Under the pieces are notes generated by a model. The model did no database searches and had not been told where the DNA came from. It saw only the letters and a program-made list of their open reading frames with translations. DNA of 64,000 nucleotides, from positions 1,216,001 to 1,280,000 of the forward strand of contig OZ245040.1 in NCBI GenBank assembly GCA_965224195.1. The letters run 5' to 3'. The translations under genes were made by a program, and so were the position numbers. The first letter of the stretch is position 1, and each line of letters starts with the position of its first letter. The stretch is from Nitrosopumilus sp. (GTDB lineage Archaea; Thermoproteota; Nitrososphaeria; Nitrososphaerales; Nitrosopumilaceae). Positions 10,386-20,418 of this stretch are shown here, piece by piece.

Positions 10386-10848
10386 TCATGCATACTCGTC
10401 AAAATAGTCAGAGTCAACATCCTTGATCCTTATCCTGCCTTTTGTATAGGCACCAACATCAAACTCTACCAAGAGTGCTGCCAGCCTGTTTACGTTTATC
10501 AGGACAATTCTGGTATCAGTCAGATTTTCTGCCCATTTTTTTCCGTTAGGAGTAAAGTCTGATGTCGTGACAAAGACTCCTTTTTTGGTTTTTGTTGACT
10601 GCAGCGAGCCTGCAAAGCCACGTATCTCTTTTGATGACACGCTGTCCCTCCATCTTTTTACCTGAATGTAAATTTTTTCCAGCCCCAGCCTGTCTGCCTA
10701 TATGATTCCATTTATACTGTGATCACTGGATTTTCTTGTATGTTCTATTTGATCTCCATATCCCATCTTTTTGTAGATATCCAACACGAGAAGCTCAAAT
10801 TCTTTATGTGATATGCTGCTAATAGCTTTATGCAAATCATAATGCAGT
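10386..10848 (-). pseudogene. mrr: Mrr restriction endonuclease pseudogene
   Basis: EFELLVLDIYKKMGYG..GII*ADRLGLEKIYIQVKR*GDSVSSKEIRGFAGSL..KGVFVTTSDFT: two in-frame stops, 5' end cut at an IS boundary. Confidence 0.85.
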
Positions 10849-11739
10849 CAACTCATCTCAAAACTCTGCAACACATCAGAAGTGATGCGATATTAATTAA
10901 TCCGAGATAGTTTTCTGCATTTCTCTCATAACTTATTCTAGTTCTATGAAATCCATTTTTTAGTCAAGCAAAGAATCTCTTCACTACAAATCTTGTCTTG
11001 TTGTAATTGTTGCAACCGTTATTTTGTATGTTGCCTTGTAAAATAATCCTTGAATTCCTTTTGTATGGAATGCAATAATCAATGCTATTGTCTCTCAGGT
11101 AATTTCTGATGGATTTTGCATCATAACTTTTGTCTGCAAAACAAGATACAATTTGTTTGATGGAATTATAATCTACAAAATCTGAAACAGATTCTATCAC
11201 GTCAATGAATTTTGTACTGTCATGAATATTTGCAGGACTGCACACAATTGATATTGGCAAGCCGTTTTGCTCTGCTGCAACATGTATTTTTGTGCCTGTT
11301 ATTTTCTTGAATCCGTCAAATCCTATGACATCTCCCTTTTTTGACAGGAATTGATGATGAGTCAACTGATATCTTTTGTAGGTTTAGCCTGCCCTGATTT
11401 GTTTGCAGATGTAATTATACATTTGAGAATCTTTTTCCAAACTCCTTTTTGCTGCCAGTCTTGCAGTCTTTTCTTTGCAGTTGATTTGGAGCCATATCTT
11501 TTTGGCATCTCAGCCCATCTGCATCCCGAAATCAAAACATAAATGATTCCGTTAATTGTTGTTCTATCATTACATCTTTGGATGTCCTGTTCTTGCAGGT
11601 TTTAGAAGATGAGGTTCCATCATGCTCCACTGCCTATTTGTTATTTCCTGGAATTGCATAACTTAGTTTGGAATGTTATTATTCATGGATCCAGATGATC
11701 TTCAAATGTTGTCTAAATGATTAGTTTTGGGATCAGTTG
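10849..11739 (-). mobile_element. IS5-family element (IS1031/IS427-like), decayed transposase
   Basis: 17-bp imperfect TIRs caactcatctcaaaact / agttttgggatcagttg; GCRWAEMPKRYG, GTKIHV, PANIHD, ADKSYD motifs with stops and frameshifts. Confidence 0.85.
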
Positions 11740-11740
11740 G

Positions 11741-11956
11741 TCATATTCTCTTTACGGCCTGAATCATTTGCAACTGTCTTCTGTTTCTGGTGTTGCGTGG
11801 TTTTATTCTTAACACAAGGTTGCAGCAGGGGCAGTATTTTTAATCATACTATATGAAGATATTACATACTGAGCACATCTTTTGTCACTGCATGTACCGG
11901 TTGATGCCGTGAACACGTTTTGCCCTGTACTTTGTGCAGGTTCCTTTGCATACCAT
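11741..11956 (-). pseudogene. Thaumarchaeal small Cys-rich protein (CKGxC..KRC..CPCC..KPRN family), disrupted
   Basis: MVCKGTCTKYRAK..RY..*QKRC, then frameshifted YCPCCNLVLRIKPRN. Confidence 0.6.
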
Positions 11957-11968
11957 GATATAATTATA

Positions 11969-13063
11969 TCAAAAATATGTTTTATGGATCATAAAAAACC
12001 GTCTCATCTCCTGATTATATGACATCATTTCCCTAACTGGTAATCTTGGGCAATTGCTGGGAAACTCTGATCTTGTGTTTGTTGCTGGCAATCTTGCAAT
12101 TTGTATGTCTGTTTTTCTGCACTGTTTTGAATTGTTCTAGCTGTTCTCTTTTAGGTACGGCACTACCTGTGAGCCCTCTGGATATCCATTCTCCTTTTTG
12201 CGAAAATTATCCCTGATTGTATAGATATCATCCATGGTAATCTTTGGCTTTGGAGATACAACTATGGCAATTTCTGTATTTTGTCTTGGGATTACTGGAT
12301 TTACATTTGTGCACTGCGGTATGCAGTTTGGCGTTTTTGCCCTGTTATCAAGTGTGATGCTGCACCAAGATTTTGTTCTTCCAAAATAATGTATGTTTCC
12401 TAGTATTTTTTGTAGGGTGCCTCTTTCTTTGTAATTCATGCTGAGATTCGGCCAAATAATCTGCACCTGCTCTTTTCTGTCTATCACGGCATATGTGTCT
12501 GCCCTCTGATTTTTGCTATTATGCGTTGAGTTGTCGTCTTGTTCATGCCCAAATGTTACTGGCGGCAGGTAAAACTCTGGCATGCTTGACGCCATCTTTT
12601 TAACTAATCCTGCTATCTTTTTTTCGCTGATGTGTGGTAGATTATATTTCCATGATGCAACCATTGCCCGAAGCAGTCTGTACGGTGATGGCGGCCATTC
12701 TGTAGTGTTTTCCGCATTTTTTATCCAGGATGTGGCATAGTATTTGCCTGTTGTAAACTTTATCTTGATTGTGATCAATATCTTTCAATCTACATGGCTA
12801 CAAAAGACTGGAAAAAAAGTTGTAAACTTTATCTTGATTGTGATCAATGCATTTGATTGTGTTTTTTGTTTATATGTTGTTATGCCTAATGATGCTTGCA
12901 AAAGTTGCGCATGAACAGTATGGCCTATTGCCTGCTGCAACCAGCGTATTCTGAAAATATGTCTCTCTGGATTGTTTTTTGATGTGTCTTGTATAACACA
13001 AAATATTTGTTCTAGGGCTGGAACTTTTTTGGATATGTGTGTTATATTTTTGGCATCCCTCAT
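11969..13063 (-). pseudogene. csb2: Second, diverged csb2-like gene (Cas5-like half) with N-terminal extension; broken by insert at 12780-12818 and TAG at 12137
   Basis: FTTGKYYATSW..EWPPSPYRLLRAMVASW..IHYFGRTKSWC; similarity to 13060..14484 continues past the stop (RKTDIQIARL vs KKTDVNIVRY); no Cas6 G-loop. Confidence 0.75.
12750..12848. repeat. 30-bp direct repeat x2 flanking a 39-bp unique insert
   Basis: gttgtaaactttatcttgattgtgatcaat at 12750-12779 and 12819-12848. Confidence 0.95.
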
Positions 13064-14484
13064 GTGGGAACAAACAAACCTAGGCCAAAATGTGAACCAT
13101 GTCCAAAAGATAACGGTCCTGACATCTCCTCCTCAAACTCTATTTTAACGCTATATGCCCCAAATCCTGGAAGTCGCTCTTTTCTCCATCGTTTGAATTG
13201 TATTGGCATAATGCCTGTTCTCATCCTGACTTTGGCGTCATCTATTCTTAGGCTCTTGATTTTTATTTCATCTCCAAATCTGTTTCTTATCTCGTCTCTT
13301 AGTTGATCCTCTGGACCGTCTACGACAATGTCTTTATTGCTGCCTTTTAATTTCATGTGTTTGTTGAGTACAAATGGCGTGACGGTTTCCCATTTTTTTG
13401 AATATTTTAAGATGGGGATTTTGTCAAAATCTACTGTTCTTCCACGTGCCTCATATGCCAGATCAAATGAATTTTCCGAATACCGTATCTTATTCATTAT
13501 GTTTAGTGCATCAAGCTCATTTTCATTAAATGGCTCTTTTGCAATTATTGTAATATGATCTAATATTTTGTCTTCATCTTCATCTGTGGGAAGGTAGTAT
13601 GTGTGTTTATGGCCCTTTAGTATTTGTCTGTTTGAATCTTTTCCTGAGAATGTTTCTGACAGCCCTCCATTATTTTTTTTACCGTAGATTGACATTACTG
13701 CTCTTTTGATGATATCCCCCACTTTGATTGTCTCGGTAATTTTTGGTCTCACATTTCCAGTAATCATGTATCTTACTATGTTCACATCTGTCTTTTTTGA
13801 ATTATGAATACTGGGTATCTGTGTCAGGCAGTCTGACTCACGGACATATTGAACAAATTGACTTTTATCTGGATGTGATTTTTTATTTTTGTACATATCG
13901 GGCACTTTCATGCATAGATTATCAAGAGTAGCATCTGGGGCTGGTATTATCACATCTATGATGTCTTTGTTTTCAAAGTTATTCCCTTCTAACAAAACAC
14001 AGTTTGGGCTGATGTCTTGCTCTGTGATTCTAACCCTGCACCACGACTCTGCTCTGCCAAGATATTTTATCTTGTTGACTATTTTTCCTAGTATCTCTTT
14101 TTGCTCTTCTTCAAGTTTTAGATCATCCCAATGTGCATAAAGGAGTCCACCTTTATTCATCATTACGAATGAATCGAGTACTTTTTCAGTTTTTTTTGTG
14201 ATTGGCATATAGTGTCTTGTATGCGTCTGGATGGCACTTGGAATCTCAAATGATACCTTATACTTGCACATTTGCTTTATTATTGGTTCTACTTTCGAAT
14301 CTTCAATCTCATTGGCATATATCTTCCATGCTGAAATTATAGCTCGTAATATGCGCCACGGTGACGGTGGCCAGTCTATTAATCCCTCATTTACATTGCG
14401 TCCCCAAGATGTGGCGTGGTATTGTCCTGCTAGAAATTCAAACTCTAACGTAAGTCCTGTATCTTTTTTGGAGTCTTTACTCAT
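13060..14484 (-). CDS. csb2: Type I-G CRISPR Cas5/Cas6 fusion Csb2
   Basis: GQYHATSWGRNVNEGLIDWPPSPWRILRA; YLGRAESW; C-terminal GPLSFGHGSHFGLGLF G-loop. Confidence 0.95.
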   Translation of the reverse strand: MSKDSKKDTGLTLEFEFLAGQYHATSWGRNVNEGLIDWPPSPWRILRAIISAWKIYANEIEDSKVEPIIKQMCKYKVSFEIPSAIQTHTRHYMPITKKTEKVLDSFVMMNKGGLLYAHWDDLKLEEEQKEILGKIVNKIKYLGRAESWCRVRITEQDISPNCVLLEGNNFENKDIIDVIIPAPDATLDNLCMKVPDMYKNKKSHPDKSQFVQYVRESDCLTQIPSIHNSKKTDVNIVRYMITGNVRPKITETIKVGDIIKRAVMSIYGKKNNGGLSETFSGKDSNRQILKGHKHTYYLPTDEDEDKILDHITIIAKEPFNENELDALNIMNKIRYSENSFDLAYEARGRTVDFDKIPILKYSKKWETVTPFVLNKHMKLKGSNKDIVVDGPEDQLRDEIRNRFGDEIKIKSLRIDDAKVRMRTGIMPIQFKRWRKERLPGFGAYSVKIEFEEEMSGPLSFGHGSHFGLGLFVPT

Positions 14485-14550
14485 TTCTCAAAATACTCCT
14501 ATGATGAGATTGGAGTGTTGACCTGAGGGCATCCTTTATCTTTACCTAGT

Positions 14551-15510
14551 CTATTTCTTATATGCAACTATTACTGGTTCAGGTAAATCTTTTCTGCATT
14601 TTTGAATCAGTTCTTTTATTTTTGAATCAAGAGTTGTTTTGTCTGGAAGTGTATAGTCTTTGGGTTCTGTTACCTGTATGTCTCCTTTTATTTTGAGGTC
14701 GCATGCAGTACGCAGTCTTAGTCCTGTCTCTAGAAATGCTCTTATCTTCCATAATGCAAGATTCGTTAATAATTCTGTTTGATCCTCATTTAGGCCATAA
14801 TTTTTTATCTGCTCCAGATCCAAGTTAAAGTATGCATGTATGGAATCTGACGTATACTCTATACGTGAAAATGGTATATGTCCCTGACCTTTTATTGAGC
14901 CACCATCTTCATCTTTTTTTGAGCCATCTTCTTTATCTTTGGATGATGGGTTTACATTATCAAACTTTACTCCTCCGCTTATTGCGTCATTTACATTATC
15001 TGCTTCGATAAATGCAGATAATGCACGTGGAATCTTTATTCTTCCAGATTTAATTTGTGATGCCCAAATGCCATGCAATAAAGAGTTTATATCTAATCGA
15101 AATAGTAATTTAGCAGTCTCTTTAATATCTACACCGTTACTGAATTTTTCTTCTAATGCTTCTAATTCTTTTGTAATCTCTGTATCTTTGTCAATTATAT
15201 AATATGAACATATTCGATGTGACTCTGAAACAGAATTTGTAATTTGTTTTCCATCTTTGTTTTCTACTTTAATCATTGTTAGTCCGTTTAATGGATCCAC
15301 AAAACCATCTCTATCTTTATTAAGGCAGACCAATTCCAAGCGATTTGCCATACTTTGAGCAGATTCTACCAGCAATGATCTAGTGCCCTCACTTAGTTGC
15401 ATCTCGGCTGCTCCTAAATCTGGAAATCCTGTGGGCTGAAATCGCTTACCTTGAACTGGCTCTAATTCTACTTTTAAAAGCAATCTGTTATTATTATTTA
15501 GATCATTCAT
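14551..15510 (-). CDS. cas7: Type I-G CRISPR backbone Cas7 (Csb1/Cas7g)
   Basis: PVQGKRFQPTGFPDLGAA, LLVESAQSMANRLE, NSLLHG, GLRLRTACDL. Confidence 0.95.
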   Translation of the reverse strand: MNDLNNNNRLLLKVELEPVQGKRFQPTGFPDLGAAEMQLSEGTRSLLVESAQSMANRLELVCLNKDRDGFVDPLNGLTMIKVENKDGKQITNSVSESHRICSYYIIDKDTEITKELEALEEKFSNGVDIKETAKLLFRLDINSLLHGIWASQIKSGRIKIPRALSAFIEADNVNDAISGGVKFDNVNPSSKDKEDGSKKDEDGGSIKGQGHIPFSRIEYTSDSIHAYFNLDLEQIKNYGLNEDQTELLTNLALWKIRAFLETGLRLRTACDLKIKGDIQVTEPKDYTLPDKTTLDSKIKELIQKCRKDLPEPVIVAYKK

Positions 15511-15679
15511 AACTAATCAACCAAATCTATATTTATTAAGTTATTGCTAGCCTGCTAGATGTGTACTTAAGATCCATTAGGCATTAAGAGATGTTTCTTT
15601 CATTTTCATATCAACTCATATTGAAAGATATGTTCTTTTGAGTTAAAATAGATACAATCCTTTGTGTCTTGGTCAGATG

Positions 15680-17890
15680 TTATTGGATGACAGTCTGTTT
15701 CTCTACTGCTGAAACATTATATATTTTTGATAATATCTCTTTTCTGTCTCTCTCATCTAATGGAAACAACAACGATGCTGTGATACGATCCATCATTTGT
15801 TTAGGTTTAGTTGACCCATGATTTGTTCCATTGGAATATGTAGATATGTTGTATCCTGTTACACAAAGACGTCGTCTACCCATATGCACTGCCTTGTCTA
15901 TTTTTCCTGCCTTGAGCAATCCCAACATCGATGGTTCAAATAATGCTTCTTTTGAAGTATTTCTACTTTTAAATGTCACTGGTGGAAAATTAGACTTTAA
16001 GACAATATATGATTCTGGTACAAAATTTGGAACTTTCCACCATTCTCGTTGGTTACAATAATCTGGCAGATGATCTCTTTTGTAATTTATTATGGATAAT
16101 GGAAGTAATAGATCAGATATTTTGTCATAGTTGACTTTGTCCTCTATGAAATCCATTACGTCTTTAACTGGCGCATTTATTGTTGAATTTAGCGATATCT
16201 TGGAGTTGGACATTTGTCCTTCTATACATCTTCGTTCTAGAATTCTGATCATATTGCTTGTTAAATTTGAATTTTGCCACACTGTGCTGCGACTTTCATG
16301 CTTCCATTCTGCTCTGTATTTGCTGCTTTCAACAGGTTCCAGATTTATTCTTATTCTCCCTTGATCTGCTGATGATATTGCTGCAAGTGAGACAGCAAGT
16401 CTAAACTCTGGCGTGTCATCATTACATGCTTGTATCCACTCGTGTGATAGATTTTGTATTGGAGAAATTTGTTTATTATAATTTGATGATTGTGATACTG
16501 CTCTTTCTAGTTTACCAATAATTATCAAAACATCTTGTAAATATTTTTTCGTACCATATGTGCAGAACTTTATAATTGCGTTATCTATGTTGCGTAATAA
16601 TGAGTCTATGCTCTTGGATAATTTCTTTGTTCCATTATGCCTCTTACGTATATCATTGATCCATTTGTCAATGTCTGAAAATAAACTCACATCTGGATTA
16701 TCTCCTGCCTTTATCCGTCCTATACTGTTTGCAAAATATGCCTGTCCCTTTCTCTCAAAAAACCCAAATCTCTGGAATTCTGATAATCCACGTTCTGTTC
16801 CCAAATTTGCCACGGCTCTGGCAAAATCAACGCCTGAATTAGAATTCTTTGAGGGCTTTTGGACTCTTCCTTCATTAAAGACGTATTTCATTTCATTATA
16901 TGTGGAAGGATTCTCCCATAATGGGATCCATATCTCTCCTCTGATCTTTTCATCACATGCAGTTCCATATCCTGCTGTAGATGAATCCGTAGAAAATGGA
17001 AATGCTGCACGTCTTGAATTAGAACGACGTGATACACTGCCTGCAAAAACTAATGTGCCTTCTATAGTAAGTATATAGTCCCAAGGATTTACAAAGCTGG
17101 TTTCGTTTCCATTTACAGATCTCCCTGTATACCTACCAGGTTGAAAATATACAAAACTGCCCCCTTTTAATTCCACTTGGGTATTGAAAAATGAATTGTT
17201 AATCCATTCTTTTGATTTCTTACTTTTATCTGCCGATCCAATGTTGGTAATTAATTCATTTATCCACATCATAAATTTATTTGAAATTTCCAAGTTACCA
17301 TCATTTGCACCAGATCCTAATATTGGCCCGTATGTTGGTTTATCCGAGGCTGCTACAACATATGCTGCATCCATCCATGGAATTACCTCATTGTCTAGTC
17401 TATTACGGCATTGTATTAGCAACGATTTCTTTCTTTTGGATATTATTTCTTTAATTTCCTCTGAATCTTTTTTTAGTGATTCATCTTTTAATGATCCGTC
17501 ATTTATGCACTGGGCTCTTTTTTTGATAAATTCTTTATATTCTGGAAACATGTATTTTAGAATATAATCGGTTTGATTTAACACTCTTTGGTATTTATCC
17601 AATCTCTTTTCCTTGGAATTTTTTATTTTATCAATATCGTTTTCATTTTTATCATAGAATCCGCTGCCTTTATTCCATGGAGATACTATTGGTGTGGGTG
17701 TATATTCTTCTAAAAAGAATCTGATCAACTCTTCTTGCGTCATTTTTGTCTGTAACACGAACGCGTCTCTCTCCCAATATGCTGTTGCATCAGGATCTGC
17801 TTGTTCTGAAACAATACGGAATATCCCTAATGCCTTTAGATTAGACGTTAGTGGATCAGGTGAACAGCCATCAAATTGTATCTTGTTCAA
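15680..17890 (-). CDS. csx17: Type I-G large subunit Cas8g (Csx17)
   Basis: GCSPDPLTSNLKALGIFRIVSEQADP, YTPTPIVSPWNKGSGFY, GANDGNL, NPWDYIL, EIWIPLW. Confidence 0.93.
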   Translation of the reverse strand: MNKIQFDGCSPDPLTSNLKALGIFRIVSEQADPDATAYWERDAFVLQTKMTQEELIRFFLEEYTPTPIVSPWNKGSGFYDKNENDIDKIKNSKEKRLDKYQRVLNQTDYILKYMFPEYKEFIKKRAQCINDGSLKDESLKKDSEEIKEIISKRKKSLLIQCRNRLDNEVIPWMDAAYVVAASDKPTYGPILGSGANDGNLEISNKFMMWINELITNIGSADKSKKSKEWINNSFFNTQVELKGGSFVYFQPGRYTGRSVNGNETSFVNPWDYILTIEGTLVFAGSVSRRSNSRRAAFPFSTDSSTAGYGTACDEKIRGEIWIPLWENPSTYNEMKYVFNEGRVQKPSKNSNSGVDFARAVANLGTERGLSEFQRFGFFERKGQAYFANSIGRIKAGDNPDVSLFSDIDKWINDIRKRHNGTKKLSKSIDSLLRNIDNAIIKFCTYGTKKYLQDVLIIIGKLERAVSQSSNYNKQISPIQNLSHEWIQACNDDTPEFRLAVSLAAISSADQGRIRINLEPVESSKYRAEWKHESRSTVWQNSNLTSNMIRILERRCIEGQMSNSKISLNSTINAPVKDVMDFIEDKVNYDKISDLLLPLSIINYKRDHLPDYCNQREWWKVPNFVPESYIVLKSNFPPVTFKSRNTSKEALFEPSMLGLLKAGKIDKAVHMGRRRLCVTGYNISTYSNGTNHGSTKPKQMMDRITASLLFPLDERDRKEILSKIYNVSAVEKQTVIQ

Positions 17891-20307
17891 TCTTTCTCTT
17901 TCCCCTCCTTTTCACTTGCCCTTGTATCGGCCGCGCGAATTACTGCCTCAAGCAATGCCAGCTTGAATGGTCCGTATTCTTTTAGCAAATTTAATGTCAT
18001 TTTTAACCACGATGGTTTACCGTCATTTGTGTTTCCTATTCTTGCAATATCTACAGTTATGTGTATTTTCTCTGACACGTTTTGTGTGAGGATCTTTTCT
18101 TTGTTATTTTTTGTTTTTTCATTTTTGTCTGATAAAAATATTGGAACATCTTCTCCTTTTTCCATGTCTATTCCTAAAAGGTACCTTTTATCATGTTTTT
18201 CCATGTTTCTCTTTGTTGGCATAGTTCTCATTGACAACCTGACCTTTCCATGATGTGATGCAATCAGATATGCCACGAGTTTTAACTCTGGCAGTTCTGG
18301 TTTTATGTTCAATACTGCCAAAGCGCTTATTGCCTCATGACGATAGTTATCAATCTCATGCGATGGTGAACCACTACCTCTTTTTGCCCAAAATGTATCA
18401 TTTGTAATATTACTATCTTTGACATTTTTCAACATTGTGTTCTGAAATACGTGATGTGCCTTGCCAATATCATGATATTCTGTAACACATTTCATAATGT
18501 CTTTTAATTCCTTTAGGTAATTTGTCTTGTCGATTATATCTTCTACTTCTTGGATCACATGCACCGTATGATCATTTAGGGTCACCCATTTCTTATTGTA
18601 CGAATCTGGATCATTATTCATTCCATCTCTTTGTGATGTGTCTGCACTATCTTGTTCTTCCACACTTTCGTTGTTTTTTAGATCCCATCCGATTTCATTA
18701 GAGTATCCGCCATCATTACTATTAATCAAGATTATTTGTCCAGGATATATTGTACTGATCCGCTCCCAGTTACCATCTTGTGCATTAAATGTCCAAAGTC
18801 TGATTTTTTCTTTCTTTCTAAAATCATTTATTTCACCTATTGGTACACTGCATATCTCATCATTAGATATTGTATTTTTTGGAGGTGACTCTTCCTTATT
18901 CCACTTTCTCCAAATGACTGATACGTCTGAGGACATCTCTAGCGCTCTGACATACATGGAGATATCCGTGTGATTCCCAGACATGTCTGGAATTGTGTCA
19001 AACAGCCCTATGATGTCTGGTTCTCTTATCACAGATTCATGTGTGATTTCTTTGCTTTGTGATCCAATTGTGCTTGGTGATACAGAACTATTGTATTTTT
19101 GGGCAAGTTTTTCCTGTACCTCTTCCATGTCTTTGTCTTCATATGGGTTGTATCTCTTTTTATCCAATTTTATTATGCTGATTGTAGAGTCATCATAATC
19201 GCCTTTTCGGTTACACCTTCCAAATCTTTGTACCAAGCTTGGCCAAGGTGCAGTTTCTGTAATCATTGTTTTGGCAGAGATGTCTACACCTGCTTCCACT
19301 ACTTGTGTGGATACAATTATCATATTTTTTTGATCAGACTTTGCTAGTTCTTCTAATTGTTTGTTCAGTTTCTGCCTCTCTTTCTTTCTAAATCTTGAAT
19401 GTATTAGCATGCAGTCATCACCCATGCTTTTTTTAATTTCTTTAAATATGCTCTGTGCTCTTTTTACCGTGTTAACTATAATCATGGTAAGTGTTCCCTC
19501 AACATGCTTTTCTCTGATTAACGCCACTTCATTTTTCGTATAATCATCCTTACTTATGGTTAAATCCATCTCTACAAGTTTCTTTTTAGCATTGTTTCTC
19601 TTTTTAAGATCTGTGTTGCTTGAATCTTCATCACTTAATTCAAAATGCGTACATTTTTTACTGTCAAAATCTATCGTGTCAAGCCACTGTGGATTTACAG
19701 TTGCAGACATCCATACTGTCTTGTGTGGACCATACGTGCCAATTTTATTTCTGAATGCTTCTAACTGTACAGATGTTGCAAGGCCATTACGCATTAGTTG
19801 AATCTCATCCATTATCCACAGACAGTCATTGTTTAGCAGTCCAAAATCCCTTGGCCATTGATATGGGCTTGCGGCATAGCCCCTGTTAAGTGCTCTTGAG
19901 AGAAGCATGTCCTGAGTGCCTACAATTATCATGCTTTCTTCTGGATTCATTATGTAATGCCGATCTACGTCACCACCCATCATTATAACCACTTTAATTT
20001 TATCTTCTAGTCCAAGTTTCTTTATCCACTCCTCGATTTTTCCCACGGTTTGCTCTACTAGTACGCGCATCGGTAGGCAGTATACTAGTCTTCGTGGAGT
20101 GTCTTGACGTATTTTTTCATCTGAATTTAAAATCCTCCACAAGTATATTCCTAAAACCGCTGCAGCTGTTTTTCCGGCACCTGTCGGTATGTTAAGAATG
20201 TCTGGAATGTCCTCCGAATCTGACAGTTTTTGTTGATAGGGATAAGGAGTAAAACTTGTGGCTTTTTTAAAAAATTCTTCAAATGTACTCGTAATGTAAT
20301 CACTCAT
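17887..20307 (-). CDS. cas3: Type I-G Cas3: SF2 helicase with C-terminal HD nuclease
   Basis: PTGAGKT, DEIQ, SAT, TQVVEAGVD, QRFGRCNR; then DHT, YHDIGK, RHE, SHHG, AAD; ATG at 20307 preferred over upstream GTG. Confidence 0.96.
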   Translation of the reverse strand: MSDYITSTFEEFFKKATSFTPYPYQQKLSDSEDIPDILNIPTGAGKTAAAVLGIYLWRILNSDEKIRQDTPRRLVYCLPMRVLVEQTVGKIEEWIKKLGLEDKIKVVIMMGGDVDRHYIMNPEESMIIVGTQDMLLSRALNRGYAASPYQWPRDFGLLNNDCLWIMDEIQLMRNGLATSVQLEAFRNKIGTYGPHKTVWMSATVNPQWLDTIDFDSKKCTHFELSDEDSSNTDLKKRNNAKKKLVEMDLTISKDDYTKNEVALIREKHVEGTLTMIIVNTVKRAQSIFKEIKKSMGDDCMLIHSRFRKKERQKLNKQLEELAKSDQKNMIIVSTQVVEAGVDISAKTMITETAPWPSLVQRFGRCNRKGDYDDSTISIIKLDKKRYNPYEDKDMEEVQEKLAQKYNSSVSPSTIGSQSKEITHESVIREPDIIGLFDTIPDMSGNHTDISMYVRALEMSSDVSVIWRKWNKEESPPKNTISNDEICSVPIGEINDFRKKEKIRLWTFNAQDGNWERISTIYPGQIILINSNDGGYSNEIGWDLKNNESVEEQDSADTSQRDGMNNDPDSYNKKWVTLNDHTVHVIQEVEDIIDKTNYLKELKDIMKCVTEYHDIGKAHHVFQNTMLKNVKDSNITNDTFWAKRGSGSPSHEIDNYRHEAISALAVLNIKPELPELKLVAYLIASHHGKVRLSMRTMPTKRNMEKHDKRYLLGIDMEKGEDVPIFLSDKNEKTKNNKEKILTQNVSEKIHITVDIARIGNTNDGKPSWLKMTLNLLKEYGPFKLALLEAVIRAADTRASEKEGKEKD

Positions 20308-20418
20308 AGTAATTAAATTATGATTACAAACATAAGCTTTTTGATGTAAAATCAGTGAAAAATTCACTAGGTATATAACGTATATCGTAAAGTATCTTTT
20401 TGGAATTAATATGTGTGA

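Noticed and set aside
12870-13073. SWIM-like YCSC..CKH in an alternative frame upstream of the second csb2
   Set aside because: Needs a frameshift and abnormal spacing; too weak to call.
20330-20352. Partial match between the sequence after the 15593 repeat-like element and the cas3 promoter
   Set aside because: Only TTTTGA and TAAAAT match, none in the seed; expected by chance in AT-rich DNA.
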